Positions 1 through 17,130 of a stretch of 64,000 nt of DNA are shown here, one piece after another; position 1 is the first letter of the stretch, and each line of letters opens with the position of its first letter. The DNA lies in the NCBI RefSeq assembly GCF_009914755.1, contig NC_060940.1, one strand, 5' to 3'. The position numbers and the translations under genes are program-made. Under the pieces are notes generated by a model. It saw only the letters and a list, made by a program, of their open reading frames with translations. It was not told the DNA's origin and did not search any database. Source of the stretch: the human T2T-CHM13v2.0 reference genome, Homo sapiens.

Positions 1-1203
1 GTATTTTAAATCACTTACTTTAACCAAGATATCACACTACCAGTGCCATTTTTAAAACCAAAGGGTTTAGTTGGATAATCAATGGTGCTCTAAAGAGATG
101 AGACTTGGTGGCTCAATCAGAGAATAAAAGGATATTCCAACAGTTGTGCTAAACCCTGCAAAGCTCAAATAATCTCAATTTTCAAATTAACTTATTATTC
201 CAAACTACCTGCTCTTTTTCATTGACACCACTAAACAATCATTCCTAAGGGAATTATGGGTATTTGCACATCAGCCAATTCAGCTTAAATTCATTAATAT
301 TTCCATTTTTGTCTGAAAATAAGTGCTTGTAAAATTACATAAATACCCACAGTGGTGTTTATTTTACTTGATACTATAAAGAAAAGAGGGTAAAGTTTAA
401 AAATGCTTATAACAGATAACTATTTTATGTGTGAAAACAGGGACCCACTTCTAACTGTCATTCGACTTTGTATTTATTCTGTAAAGTCAAAGAGCAAAAT
501 TAAATAACAAGGCTTACATGCTTCAAATAATATTTTTAGAGATGATAGTTAAAATGAGAGATGTAACTAGAGAACTTAAAATCACACTTATTTCTCTGGG
601 AATGGAATTCCTCTTAAAACAAATCACTTTTACCATGGATCTAAGAATTGTGTTGCAGAATGAGAGACCGTAGAGGTTGCTTCCTTACAAATAAGCTGCA
701 GTGACAAACTTTCATCTGAAGTTTACTACTATGATTTCTTTATAGCCTGAATATTTTTGATATCTTAATCATTTTTATAACCTAGGGGAGTGGATAGCAA
801 TCCCAAAGCGTATCACTCCAAACCAATGGCAAAGAACATTCTACCAATTGATAAGGATTAAAATATTTTATTTCTACAGAATATCAAAGAAAACTGTATA
901 GCTTTCCCATCATGTTCTTTGTTTTACCTTTAAAGTTATAAACAAACACTTTACTGATTTTTTTTTTAGCAATGATGCTCCATTTTGATCATTACCAGCA
1001 TCTCACTGATATCTTCTGTCAGGTTCCCATGCAGTCACCTTAGCCATATCTGTTTTGCAGCTGTGCTTGGGATTCTTTTGTAGAATAACATTTATTCATC
1101 CTAATTTAGGGTTAATTCAGAGATGGGTGAGTTCCTATTTCACATGTCTTAGTGGGACTGTTTAGTTAACAACTACATTAAACCACGTTCATGCCAGTTA
1201 TTT

Positions 1204-1678
1204 TGAGGCAGGAGACCTACAGGGCTCATTTTCAGGTTCAGACAGGATAAAGTGAAGAAACTGGTCAGAACAAACAGATGGCAATGAAAGCAACCTGTAG
1301 TTTCCCTCATTGCTCATCAGCATGAGACACTCCCACCAGCGCCATGACGGTTTACAAATACCGTGGAAATAACCCGAAAGTTACTGCCCTGTTCCATGGC
1401 AGCCACCTGAAAGTTACTGCCTCTTTTTCAGAGATTTCTGAATAACCTTCCCCTTAATTTGCATGCAATTAAAAGTGGGTATAAATACACATAGCCAATA
1501 CCACAAGGGCTCACTCTGGGAGCACAGCCTAGGAATTAGCCCTGCTCCACAAGGAGCAGCTTGGGTTCAATAGAAGTTGCTGTCTATCACCACCAGCTCA
1601 CACTTGAATTCTTTCCTGGGCAAAGCCAAGAACCCTCACAGGCTAATACCAATTTTGGGGCTTGCTTTCCCTGCATCA
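1204..1678 (+). mobile_element. ERV1-class solo LTR, MER66-like
   Basis: TG...CA termini with 4-bp TSD attt (1200-1203 / 1679-1682); MER41/MER66-type core gacactcccaccagcgccatgac; TATA at ~1480; ends ggggcttgctttccctgcatca. Confidence 0.85.
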
Positions 1679-2439
1679 ATTTGACATAGAAACCATCATT
1701 AATATATTTCACCTGTTTACACACATGTTTAACATCTGCTGTGTGAAAAATACTGTAAAGGAGCTGAGTAGCAAGGCGAGAGAAAGTCAAGAATGAATGA
1801 GAAGCCCCTGTAAGGATGGCCAACAAGAGAGCACACCGTTTCTCTACACTGGTGGAACAGAGTGGGCCTTGGAAGTGTGTGTTAAGAAGAAAGGAGAGTT
1901 TACCCTGCCTATATGAGATGATGCCTTTGCAAAGGATATAACATTAATTGGATCTTTTAATTACTATCATTTATTGCAGAGGGTTTCTTTAATGTTTTCA
2001 TTGTCAGTGTGTGTTTTAGGCTTCTCTGGGGTTACTGGAAAGATGTTTCTGTAAGTGAGAATACTCCAATATGCAATGTATTTTCAAGTTAATTTTATGC
2101 CTAGGATTTTTGTTTTGTTTTGTTTTCTCTTAGCCATTGGGAATAATGACCACAGGTATGTACCGAACAGTACATTTCTCTCCACCTCCATCACCACCAC
2201 ATAATTCCAATGAGCTTCTGTATTGATTCTCTTTCTTCTTTCCTTGCCAACTTTGGTGCGTTCTCTATCCACAGCAAAGAGAAAATGTAAATCAATTTGT
2301 CATTTCCCTGCTATTGACTTTCCAAAGGTTCAGCAAGATCTGACTTCCTCTTTGATTGGTACCATGCCCCTTTGCCAAGTACATTCAAGTCTTCTGACAA
2401 GAACATTATTTCTTCCACTCTTTGGCTGGCTGATTCTTC

Positions 2440-2682
2440 ATTCTGTAGAGTCTCCGCATAAATATTCCTTCCCAGAAAAGTCTTTCCTAATATTCTGTTA
2501 TATTATTTCGTAATATCCTGTGCTTTTTCACTATAACATGCTTCATTATTTGTAATTTGCATATGTATCTATTTTTCATAATAGATTATAAACCTGATAA
2601 GAATTGAGGCAGTGTAGACCTCTTCCCTATCACAGTGTTTACCATGTATAAAGCATTCAAGAAAATTTTTTTCTGAATGAAT
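2440..2682 (+). mobile_element. L2 3' fragment
   Basis: Degenerate L2 tail cacagtgtttaccatgtataaagcattcaagaaaa...tgaatgaa; boundaries approximate. Confidence 0.5.
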
Positions 2683-4668
2683 TAATCTCATAACCATAAC
2701 ATTTAGGCTAAATATTTCATCAATAGGTTTATCATGTATATTGACCATTGTGTACTGTGAGTTTAACTTCCTAAGGATTGAGGGGGAAAAACAAAACAAG
2801 ACAAAGATCTTAGGCATAAAACTAATTGGGAAATATATTGCATATTGGAATATTCTTACTTTTCTTTCCTGTGCAATTGAACCTAAATTCAATATGTTCC
2901 TACTGTAGGCTATGTTTACCAAAATCAAACCACATTCAGCTATGGATAACCTGTCTTTGAACATATGCTGTAGACTGCATTCTACCAGATGAGTGGGGAA
3001 CAAGCTGTGAGACTAAACTTTTATCATCATCTCTATAAATCAAGATGAAAGCTATAGACTTCCTCCTGTGGACCTCACACTGCCTTTAGAAAAACAAAAA
3101 GTTGAAATATTTAGGTTGAAAAATAAGCAAATCTGAAAACAATTATTTGGCATTAATAGAACAGCATTAAATATTCTATGTCTTTAAAGATCTGCATGAA
3201 GGAGAATTCCAAAAATGCTAGGAAGCATAATTGCAGATACCTGGCCCAAAAGCATGGCCAGTATTTTAATATCTCAGTTAATGATGCCAACTCCAACATA
3301 AAATAGATTTCCTCCAAATATTTTTATATGTTTAAATATATTCACTTTTTCTTGAACATAAGTAGAGACTAATTCTAAGCCAATTGAGGTTATATTTTGC
3401 ACATTGCTCATTTTATATATTTATTTATTTTTAGTATATTGCAAAATAGTTCCTACAGCAATAAAATGGTCTTTATTTTGAACTTGAAAAATGAAAAGAA
3501 ATGAGATTAAATATAAATGGGGACAAGTTTCAAGCTCCATATCAAATGCAGAGCATAGTATTCTGATTATCTAAGGGATGTTAAGGATCGTAAATGTTCT
3601 TTTCTAGAATATCAGGCCGGTAAAAAAAGTTTAATATTCATTTGCCTGTGGGTAGTAGATAAATCAATTGTGCGCATATTGTAGTATTTACTACACTTAA
3701 TAGGTAAACATTAAAAATAAACGTATAATTTTCTAATGATTATCCTTTTAAGAAAAAGTGCTTATTTTTAGCAGCAGAAGGAATTTTTTTAATTGAATTT
3801 AATAACACATTGATAGAAGGCTGGATTTAATCCAACTATAAAATGAAATTAGAGTTACATTTCATACTACCAACCTTTGTGGACGTTAATCTAATTTAAA
3901 TGCTGTTTACAGCTCACTTACTCTTTATTTTAATATTGCAATGATAGAAAATAGATTTAATTGTGACAAATATATTTAGTTTCTACATAAAAACAATGTT
4001 TTCTTGTACTGCCCTTTTATCTGAAGATTTCTAAATACTTCCATATATCCCATCTTATTTCCTCTTCTCGTCATCTTATGAAGTCTAATAGAAAAATAAA
4101 ATTTGATTATAATTCAGGGAATTTACTTTTGATTTTATTTTGTTTCTGCCTTCTGATCGACTGGGTCTTTGTGAGTAAATGATTTGCTGAATCAATCAGT
4201 GCCTCAATTTCTCTAGGTATGAAATAAGAGTTACCTCTGCTGTTTCTTTTTTGCTGCATAGTCAAATGCAATATCTTGAAATTAAATATCTGTGCCTCCA
4301 CTGAAAATGATGCCATATAAACTCAAGCAATACTTATTTGTATTTACTAGTTGACAAACTAATTTACTTCTGAAGTCAGTTTTTGAAAGAGATTCAACCT
4401 TGGTACACTGAGCTTCCCTAGAATCTTTAATGGCAGGGAGCAGAAATTCCTTAGCTAGTGCCCTCATCAAAGAGAACATTTGATATTTTACTATTTTGTG
4501 GCTTCAGGGAAACACAATTCAATTTTGACTCATTTTGACAGTTAAAAAAATGAGCCCTTGTTTGGAGCATGAAACAAAAATGTAGAAATTGGAAAGAAAA
4601 ATAAATTCTGGTGAGCATCAAATCTGTGTCAAGTATTGTGCTAGTAGATGCTTTATTAACTTCTCTAG

Positions 4669-5200
4669 TAGACTGGCAGATAAAATACAAGACACCAAGT
4701 TTAATCTGAATTTCAGATAAAAAAGAAACCATATATATAGTATATAGTATAAGTATATATCATATAGAGTATATAGTGTATAAGTATATATTATATATAG
4801 TATATAGTGTATAAGTATATATTATATAGAGTATATAGTGTATAAGTATATATTATATAGAGTATATAGTGTATAAGTATATATTATATAGAGTATATAG
4901 TGTATAAGTATATATTATATAGAGTATATAGTGTATAAGTATATATTATATAGCGTATATAGTGTATAAGTATATATTATATAGAGTATATAGTGTATAA
5001 GTATATATTATATAGAGTATATAGTGTATAAGTATATATTATACAGAGTATATAGTGTATAAATATATATTATATAGAGTATATAGTGTATAAGTATGCA
5101 CCATGTAATATTTGGGAAATACTTCTATTGAGACAACTTGTTCATCTAAAATTCTAATTTAACTAAGTACCAAGCATTTTTGATAAATCTGGCAACCCTA
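4669..5200. mobile_element. MER53 hAT-type MITE containing a minisatellite
   Basis: Left arm ggcagataaaataca...tgaatttcagataaa; right arm ...aaatctggcaacccta; matches the recalled palindromic MER53 consensus. Confidence 0.8.
4731..5097. repeat. 31-bp AT-rich minisatellite, ~12 copies (tatagagtatatagtgtataagtatatatta)
   Basis: gtgtataa recurs every 31 bp, 11 times, plus one degenerate first unit. Confidence 0.95.
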
Positions 5201-6274
5201 TTCTTATGGCATCTCTGCAAGGTAGGCTCATACCATCTAATATACAACTGGGAAAACAAAGTTTCAAAAAGCTTATATTACAGAGCTTGGATTACTCAAC
5301 TAGCAAGTGGCAGAGGTGGAAATAAAACTCAGCTCTGTCTTCTGTAATCACAGAGTTGTTTCAGAATTCCCCTCTTATTTACCTAGCACATTAACATATT
5401 CGACTGCAGAATCAACAGCAACGCCCTCCATCACCAATAGAAACATTGCTGCTTAGCTAAACAGATCAAGAGAAAAGGACATAATTCATTTCATTCCACC
5501 TCCTCCCCAGGCAAAATTTCCTTGCTCCACGACTTCTGACAAAGGAAAAAGAACATTCTCGCTTACTCTTCCCACGTAGTACAGCTGCAACTACATTCCC
5601 TCAGGGTGAGAAACCCAAGGTATACACAGAGAACTGAGGGACATATTTACAGTCTCCTAAGTTCCCATCTTTTCTCCCGTATCAGCATTTATCATTTTTG
5701 TGGTGAGACGTATTTTGGGAAGCATGGCGGTAATTCCCTCAAAGCAACAGTTCCAGGACTCCACAGAGCCTTAGGTGGCCATCCGTGGTCTGTAGATTCT
5801 GAAGGGTGAAAGAAAATCTGAGCTTACTCGCAGTTAAAGTGATGGAAGTGGCAGCTATTAAAGCTATTAGTTACTATTTTCTGTCCTGAAAGAAAAGGAG
5901 AGAGGATATTAACACTGGGGACAAAGGAAGATGTATTGCTGAGCTTCGAGCTTCCGAAGCCTTGCCCTGCAATCTGTGCTGCTGCTCCCACACAGTTTGG
6001 CAGGGGACAAACAGTGAGTAGTGTTCTATTTTTAATTTTAAACTTTTAAGCAGAAGGCCATCAAGAATAATCTGCTCAGTAAACATTTGGTCTCGAGTCT
6101 TAGCATTTCTTTCTGTTCAGCAAACAGTATCACAAATGTTAAATGTTAGAGAAGAACCAATGGCATGTGTGTTTTAGCAAGTCGATTCTTTGCCAAGAAT
6201 ATCTCTGGATTTTTACTATCCTGAGCAGTTTAGGAAATAAATGATAAACATAGCTGGAAGGTGGTGAACTCAGG

Positions 6275-6490
6275 AATAAAGAATGGACTTTCTAGCCAGA
6301 TAGACACAAGTTCAAGTGCCAGCTCCACGATGTACATGCTGTGTGACCTTGGATGTGTTTCTTAAATTTCCTACACCTGTTTCCTCTGAGAGTAGACTTA
6401 ATGGCAGTACCTACTTTATTGCAAAGATGAAAAGAGGTTTTGTGCATGAAATGCAAAGCAGTACCATGGAAATATTGGACATCCAAAAAT
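6275..6490 (+). mobile_element. MIR
   Basis: Core ccagctccac...gctgtgtgaccttgg...ctgtttcctc. Confidence 0.75.
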
Positions 6491-6929
6491 GCCTGTCAAT
6501 TCCTCTGACTTACACCTGCTTCTTAAACTTAGAGAATGCAATTTATTGAGACGAAAGGGAGCTATATTGAGCAAAATAAAACTGTAGATGTAAAGGCATG
6601 ATATTCTGTTATTTAAAAATATATCATATGTTATTAATGCTTTGAGCATATAGGCTTGCCATAGATCCAAATGCAATAGTGTTGGCTTATGTGGTCGTCT
6701 TCATATTTATCTGATTCCCACAATCCATCTCTGATGGGTTCAGTGCAAGAACCATCAATATACTTTAGTATAAGAAACTTTCAGACGTTTGGGATGGTGT
6801 GTCATTGGAATTAAGCGATTCGTGTGGTAATACATTTTCTATTAAACTTGTATCAAAATAAATACTCATGAGGAACCTAGTGGAAAGAACTCATTATTAG
6901 GGAAAATAGGTGCACCAGATGGCTTTTAC

Positions 6930-7153
<224 letters not shown>

Positions 7154-8099
7154 TAGTACAAATTCTATAACCAATTCATTGAATCTGATTTAATTCATCT
7201 ATAAATTCATTAAAAGTGCATTTATTGTCCTCCAACTATGTGTTTGACACTGATGCAGGCACTCTGTTAACTAACACTATGTAGAAATCACGGAGAAACT
7301 ATATTGAATTGTAGTGAGGAGAGAGAAAAAAATGTCAACCAATAGTTCCTTGTTACTGTACATTGAGCAATATATTTTATCCCATTACATTTTATTTGTG
7401 TCACTTCCATTCTGCTCTCAGTATGAACAGACAAGGCTAATATTGTTTCCAGTGAAGGCCTGACAGCTATTCTGTTGATTTGTTTGGCATTACATTTGAG
7501 CTGCACTCATGCGGCCCAGAATGCTGAAGGATGGCTTGGCTGAAAAGAATGGGCAATATGCCCTAGGGAGAAAGGACAGAATTTGGAAGACTAGAGGAAT
7601 TTGGAATCAGTACTTGGACATATATGGTCTGCTAAGGATCTGAAAATTCCCACATTGTAGTTTGAGGTAGCTAAAAGGGAGATAACCTTTACCCTCCATG
7701 ACAATGCCTGGAGCTGCACAGGCTAATTTTAAATATTATGAGCTTTGATATCACATGGTCTAATCCTTGTCTCTGTTATAATGAGCCCTACATGTTGCTT
7801 TGTCAGCAACCTTTTCCACAAACTGTACCCTGTTTTTTTTCTTTGAGAAAATCTACCTTTCCCCAGGGGCTGGAATTGACCAAAATTAACCGTAATTTAT
7901 CATTCAAGCCTTACCCTGAAAGTTGGGATCCTTCAATATATTCGAGTTCCAAAATAGTTACATTAGACAGATTCTGCCAGTCGAATTATTATATAGGTGG
8001 GGTGACAGATTTCTGGGGCTTTCTGCTTTACCATCTTCCCAGAATCCTCCACTGCTGGTCTATTTTTAACATATGCTTTATAATATGTGTTCGTATAAA

Positions 8100-8425
8100 G
8101 ACTAAATATATTAATTTTTAATTTATATAAATTCTACTATTTTGCACATTCTGCAACTTGCCTAACATTGTTTTTGAGCCCTGTTCATGATGACTCGTGT
8201 TATCCTTGTTATTTATGTTATCTGTTGTATAGCATTCCACCATATGACTATATTGATGATCGTGTAGGTTATTCCCTGTATTTTGCAATTACAAATGATA
8301 TCTCATAGGTGGTTGCTTTCGAGTGTGTGAGCGTTTTCAAAAAGTGAATAACTAGATGCGAATTCTAGGTCAGATAAAAGTATATACCTTCTCAGTTGTA
8401 CCAGATATTGCTAAATTCATCTTCA
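8100..8425 (-). mobile_element. Old L1 (L1ME-like) 3' fragment
   Basis: ttctgcaacttg, gtatagcattccaccatatg, ttttgcaattacaaat, ccagatattgctaaatt. Confidence 0.6.
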
Positions 8426-8454
8426 CCTTCCGATCCTCTCAAATTACAAATGTA

Positions 8455-8502
8455 CACATACACACACAGACACACAGACACACACACACACACACACACA
8501 CA
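8455..8502. repeat. (CA)n microsatellite
   Basis: Seen directly. Confidence 0.95.
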
Positions 8503-11020
<2,518 letters not shown>

Positions 11021-11444
11021 AAATGATGATAATTTTTTCTTTAAGATGCTCAATGAATTTGGGTCCATTTAAGAAGTGAAAATAATTCCACCACTGTCTT
11101 TGTCTCCCCATTAGAATTGATTACTGACTAGCTGGAAATGATCGATAAGTGCTTAGGCATTCTTTTATTTGTTGGTAAAGAGTTCATGTTAAAGGGAATG
11201 GATTTTGTGAGAATTATATAGCTAGCTAACTCTGGCATTTTAAGTGTTGAGAAACCAGAGGACGAAGTAGGAACAAAGAATCAAATATTTTTTTAAAAAG
11301 CCTGATAGATTAGTTACCTCCTTCAAATGTTTTATTCTTTCTGAAAAGCCTTCAATTGTTACTGTTCTGTTTTTGAAATAAGAAATTTTACCATATGCTT
11401 TAGATAATGACTTAGACAACTGGCTATAGAGACTGTGTTAGCTG

Positions 11445-11700
11445 AATTCATCCATTCAAAATAATTTATTGAATGCTTCTTCTGTGACTGGAAACACACT
11501 GCTGGAGATACAGATATGCTTCTGTTTTGAAAGCCTTTACAATCACCTATAAGAGGAGAAAATGTGTAAGCAGCTCATGTTGATTAGTTATTACAAGCGT
11601 TTTCATAGAATTATGTATAGGATTTAAAGAGCCGTGCACGGAGTGACAGAGTACTATGACTGATGGGAATAAGCGAGGTTTTAAGAGGATTTTGCCTTAA
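11445..11700 (-). mobile_element. L2 fragment
   Basis: ttcatccattcaaaataatttattgaatgcttc...ctggagataca. Confidence 0.6.
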
Positions 11701-11714
11701 ATTTTTATTTTTTA

Positions 11715-12897
<1,183 letters not shown>

Positions 12898-13959
12898 ATT
12901 ATGCCCATTAGTTTGAAATAGTGATAATTCTACGCCCAATAGGAAAATAAGAAAGGGACATGAATGGAGAAAACAACAGCATTTCCCACCAAACTGGGAT
13001 CAAAGGAGCTAGTGGGTATAAAAAAAAGCCTACCAAGTTGAACTATGAGTAGTTCTACGAAATGACACGGGGGAGGACTTGTTTTGGAGTGGGGGTGTCA
13101 AATCACAGAAACTTTAACTTGAGAGCTCAGTAATTAGAAATTTGTTGTAATTATTCTCTGAGAGTAATAAAGCAGAGGCATGAAAATAAGATTTTAACTT
13201 GTAAAATTCTCTTTAATTTCCTGTGTCGAGGCGGTAGAGTCTTAAAGGACATTGGTTAGGAGGCCATTGTCTTTGTGCAGGAGACCTTTGTTATTGATTA
13301 GCTCAAGTTATGCAGGGGAGGTAAAGAAGACACAACACGTTGTAGAGAAAGTGGAGGGAAGAGATAGATTCTAAAATAAATTTACTCTGAAACAAGCCAA
13401 GACAGATGCAAAGCCAACAGAGAACTTCTTCTTACGCTTTTTTCTCTCTACTGTTTGGATTTAAACACCACCACCTCAAAAGACCTGGGTTTCTATATAT
13501 TTTAAAACACCTTATCTCAGAAATGTGTTAGTAATTGAAATTCAAGCTCTTATAAGTTATGGAGAATATAGTAATGATAAAAATGAAATTAGTCAATAGT
13601 TTAAATAATAAATTTTTATATTTAAATACTTAAAACTTAATTTAGAAAGAAAAAAGTGACAGTGTATTCTTATAAAATATGCATCTTCTTTCTGACATTT
13701 ATGGGCAAAAGTAGAAAACAAATTTGTACTTGTACAAGTGTTTTTAATGTACATGAAAGAAATTATGGTGTAAACATGGTAAAAAAGCATCCAGATGTAA
13801 GATTATATGCATATATGTTTATAAATTATGCATTCTCCTTAATATCTTGAAATTTGGAATTCATAGAGTATACTCTATGTTGAAAATGAGAGATATTTCA
13901 GAAGAGGTGTTGGCATTTTAGAAATGCTATAAATATTAATGAGCTTGGCTACCAGTTAG

Positions 13960-14720
13960 CTGAAAGGACAAGTAATTCCAGAGGTGGATGGTAAGTGGTT
14001 GGGAGCCTAAGGAGGAAAATGACTGTATTTCAGATACTGATAAAATCAAGATCCAAAAATATTTTGGCAGTGTGCTAAAAGAGTGAGTCAGAAATTAGCA
14101 ATAAAATTTAATAGGGCAAAACATATGTCTGCTAAAACAATCTGGTAGTTTCAAGGTAGGAGAGAGGTGAATGAATATCAGAAGCAAATAATAAAAAAGT
14201 GTTAAGTTTCCAGTTAATGGTAATTTCAGCAAAAATCAATACTAATGGATTACTAAATCAGTCTAAAATTGATCTGGAAGTTTGGTACCCAGAGAATATT
14301 TGGCAAAACTTTCCCATATTGGACAGGCCACACTACTGTTGGGTCTGGGTACCGGTCATTTTCAAGGATGCAGAAAAATTAAATCTGTCTAATGGTTATC
14401 ATTTAGAAAATACAAGATTAAGGTCCATAAAGCATAGGTGAAAGAAGCAATTGCTTTTTTAATGAGACAGCCTCAGATAGTAAGCAAGAGCTATCTTTGA
14501 ATATTGGAAGTGAACGAGGCTTACCTTTATTGGACTTAAATGATAGAACTGGAGCCACAGGAAGAAAGCTTCTGGAGGATAGAAATCAGCTTAGCAAAGG
14601 AAAACTTTCTAAGCGGTAATAAGGAAAGGGATGTCTTAGGAGAGAGTGAATTTCATATCATTTGAGTTTATGAGAAGAGCAGCGTTTTTTATTTTTTTTG
14701 GAGTGATGCATATATTGCAT
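13960..14720 (+). mobile_element. L3/CR1 relic
   Basis: Degenerate CR1 RT 3' motifs (aagatccaaaaa, tttaatagggcaaa, ttggacaggccacac, aaaggaaaactttctaa). Confidence 0.55.
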
Positions 14721-15080
14721 AAAGAATCCTTTCTATTTCTGGGCATTAATTAGAATGCTAAAGTAAATTCTACAGAAGAGAAGAAGAGTGACAAAGTCCA
14801 TGGTTGATGTAGGACTCAAATTTATAAGCTACAAGTGGTTAAACAAACCAGCAAATGAGAATTGGGTCAAATTCAGCAACACATTCAGTTCCACTTAAGT
14901 GGTGGACGTGTGGTGATTGAATGTTAGAATATACTGAAAGGATTTAAAAGATATCATTGACTCTCCCATACGAGTCATAGGATTGATCTCAGAGACAAGG
15001 ATATGACCAGAACTGGGGTCACCAGATAGACAGAACCCCAAGAGGAGGCAGTAGTAAATGCCGTGAGGATGCAGTATCAG

Positions 15081-15789
15081 AGTAACCACCTTATGGGTTC
15101 TTCCTGCCCACTGAATAGACAAAATCAATCCACTGAGACCATGGCATTGCAGTTAAAGTGAAAGTGTAATTAATGTGAGGCTGGCCACTGTATGTGGGAG
15201 ACAGAGTTATTACTAAAATCAATCTTGCAGAAGGCTTGGAGGTTAGATATTCTTCAAAGATAGCTTGATGGGCAGAGGCCCAAGATATGGGTGCTGCTGA
15301 TTGGTTGGGGATGGAATCATAGGGGTGTGAAAAATGGTACTCCTGGCTGAGTCTGCTTCTGGGTGGGGGCTGCAGGACTGGTTGAGGGAAGGACAGATCC
15401 TGGTTGGACCATCCAGTTATCAGAAATGCAAAAGCCTGAAGGCATTTCAAAAGGCCAATCTTAGGTTAATTACAGCAGAACCTGAGGAAGTTACAAATCT
15501 TATGACCTCCAGAATAATGGCTGATAATCATTTAACTAAGCCTGTATCTTAGCAGAATTCAGGTCCCTCTCCACTTCCTAACCTGGTGGCCTTTCATTAG
15601 TTTTACAAGGCTGGTTTAGTTTTGGGGAAGGGCTACCGTCATTTAAACTATAAACTAAATACTTCCCTAAGTTAGCTTGGCTCATTCCCAGGAATGAGCA
15701 AAGACAGCCAGCCTGCGAGGCTAGAAGCAAGATGGGGTCAGCCATGTCAGATTTCTCTTACTGTCACGATTTTTGCAGAGGCAGTTTCA
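15081..15789 (-). mobile_element. LTR8-family (LTR8A/8B-like) solo LTR
   Basis: Minus strand begins tgaaactgcctctgcaaaaatcgtgacagtaagagaaatctgac; 4-bp TSD tcag (15077-15080 / 15790-15793). Confidence 0.85.
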
Positions 15790-16063
15790 TCAGTAGACTT
15801 AAGTACAGACACACAGAATGGTGAGGTAGACCTTATTATTCAGTTGAATTACATGTCGTTAAAGTAAAATCACATATGGAGATTTTATTCTTTATCAGCT
15901 CCATCCTATATAGTCAGGCTAAGGAAAACAAAACAAAAACAAAAATATCCTCCCTCTTCTCAAGAAATCCATCATCTCCTGGCAGAAGGAGTTCTGCCAA
16001 AATATGAATATAATACCACTTCTAGTTTTGAGCATATACTAGGCAAATACTAATGACAGGCAC

Positions 16064-16453
16064 TGTATTAGGCCATTCTGGTTTTGCTATAAAGAAATAC
16101 CTGAGACTGGATAATTTATAAAGAAAAGAGATTTAATTGGCTCACAGTTCTGCAGGCTGTATAGGAAACATGGCTTCTCGTGAGACTTCAGGAAGCTTTT
16201 ACTCATGGCAAAAGATCAAACGAGAGCTTCTACATCACATGGTGAAAGCAAGAGAGAGAGTGGAGGGGGAGCTACCACACACTTAAACCACCAGATCTCA
16301 TGAGAACTAACTCACTATCACTAAGGCAGCACCAAGCTGCCATGAGGAATAAGCCCCCATGATTCAGACACTTCCCACCAGGCCGTACCTCCGGCACTGG
16401 GGATTACAATTCAACATGAGATTTAAGTGAGGACAAATATCCAAAGTGTATCA
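16064..16453 (-). mobile_element. MSTA-like MaLR solo LTR inserted in a MIR
   Basis: tgtattaggcc...tatca; perfect 5-bp TSD ggcac. Confidence 0.9.
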
Positions 16454-17130
16454 GGCACTATGTATGATAAAAGCCCACATGATCTGGGCTAATCCTTTTA
16501 GTCCTCTGAATTACGTGTCATTATTAGCCCAACTTCCCCAGATTGGAAACAGAGACACAGAGAAGTTATGCAAGGTATGTTAGGTTCACGGTTAGAGTGA
16601 GGTAGAGCTGGACTCACACCTATAAAGTATAAAGGGAGAAAACATCCAGGTCTTTTTTACTTATCAGTTCGTAAGTCCAACATTAATGTTTTTAACTGAG
16701 TTGTGATGCCTTTATGAAACCTACAAAGGAACATATGACCTTTTCAAAGTCTACAAAGATCCCATTTTCCTTAAAATAAAATACAAAAATATCACTAGGA
16801 CCAAAAAGAGTGCTATGGACTAGTAAAAAAACTATCATTTAAAATTTTAGGCCAGGCATGTTGGCTCACACCTGTGATCCCAGCACTCTGGGAGGCCGAG
16901 GCGGGCAGATCACCTGAGATCAGGAGTTCAAGACCAGCCGGGCCAACATGGTGAAACCCCATCTCTACTAGAAATACAAAATTAGCCGGGAGTGGTGGTG
17001 TGTTCCTGTAGTCTCAGCTACTTGTGAGGCTAAGGCAGGAGAATCGCTTGAACCCGGGAAGCAAGGTTGCAGTGAGCCGACACCTATGGCTGACTAATTC
17101 CAAAGCCCATGCTGCTAAATGCTATGCTAG
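16454..17130 (-). mobile_element. MIR split by a templated insertion
   Basis: MIR 16454-16623 (cagattggaaacagag...agagctggactcacacct) resumes at 17088 (gactaattccaaagcccatgct). Confidence 0.7.
16624..17079 (+). repeat. Local duplicate of ~18629-19262 (unique flank + 3'-truncated AluS)
   Basis: Colinear homology with the downstream segment; flanked by acacctat at 16616-16623 and 17080-17087. Confidence 0.92.

Larger units (their letters stand above)
4610..5350 (-). mobile_element. MIR, split by MER53 insertion
   Basis: MIR-like halves at ~4610-4665 (gagcatc...tgtgctag) and ~5201-5350 (ggtagg...ctagcaagtggcagaggtgga). Confidence 0.6.

Noticed and set aside
2569-3003. 144-aa ORF
   Set aside because: Non-ATG start, AT-biased composition, overlaps an L2 relic, no recognisable domain.
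7330-8040. Possible ancient LTR
   Set aside because: LTR-like composition, but I could not support termini, TSD or family.
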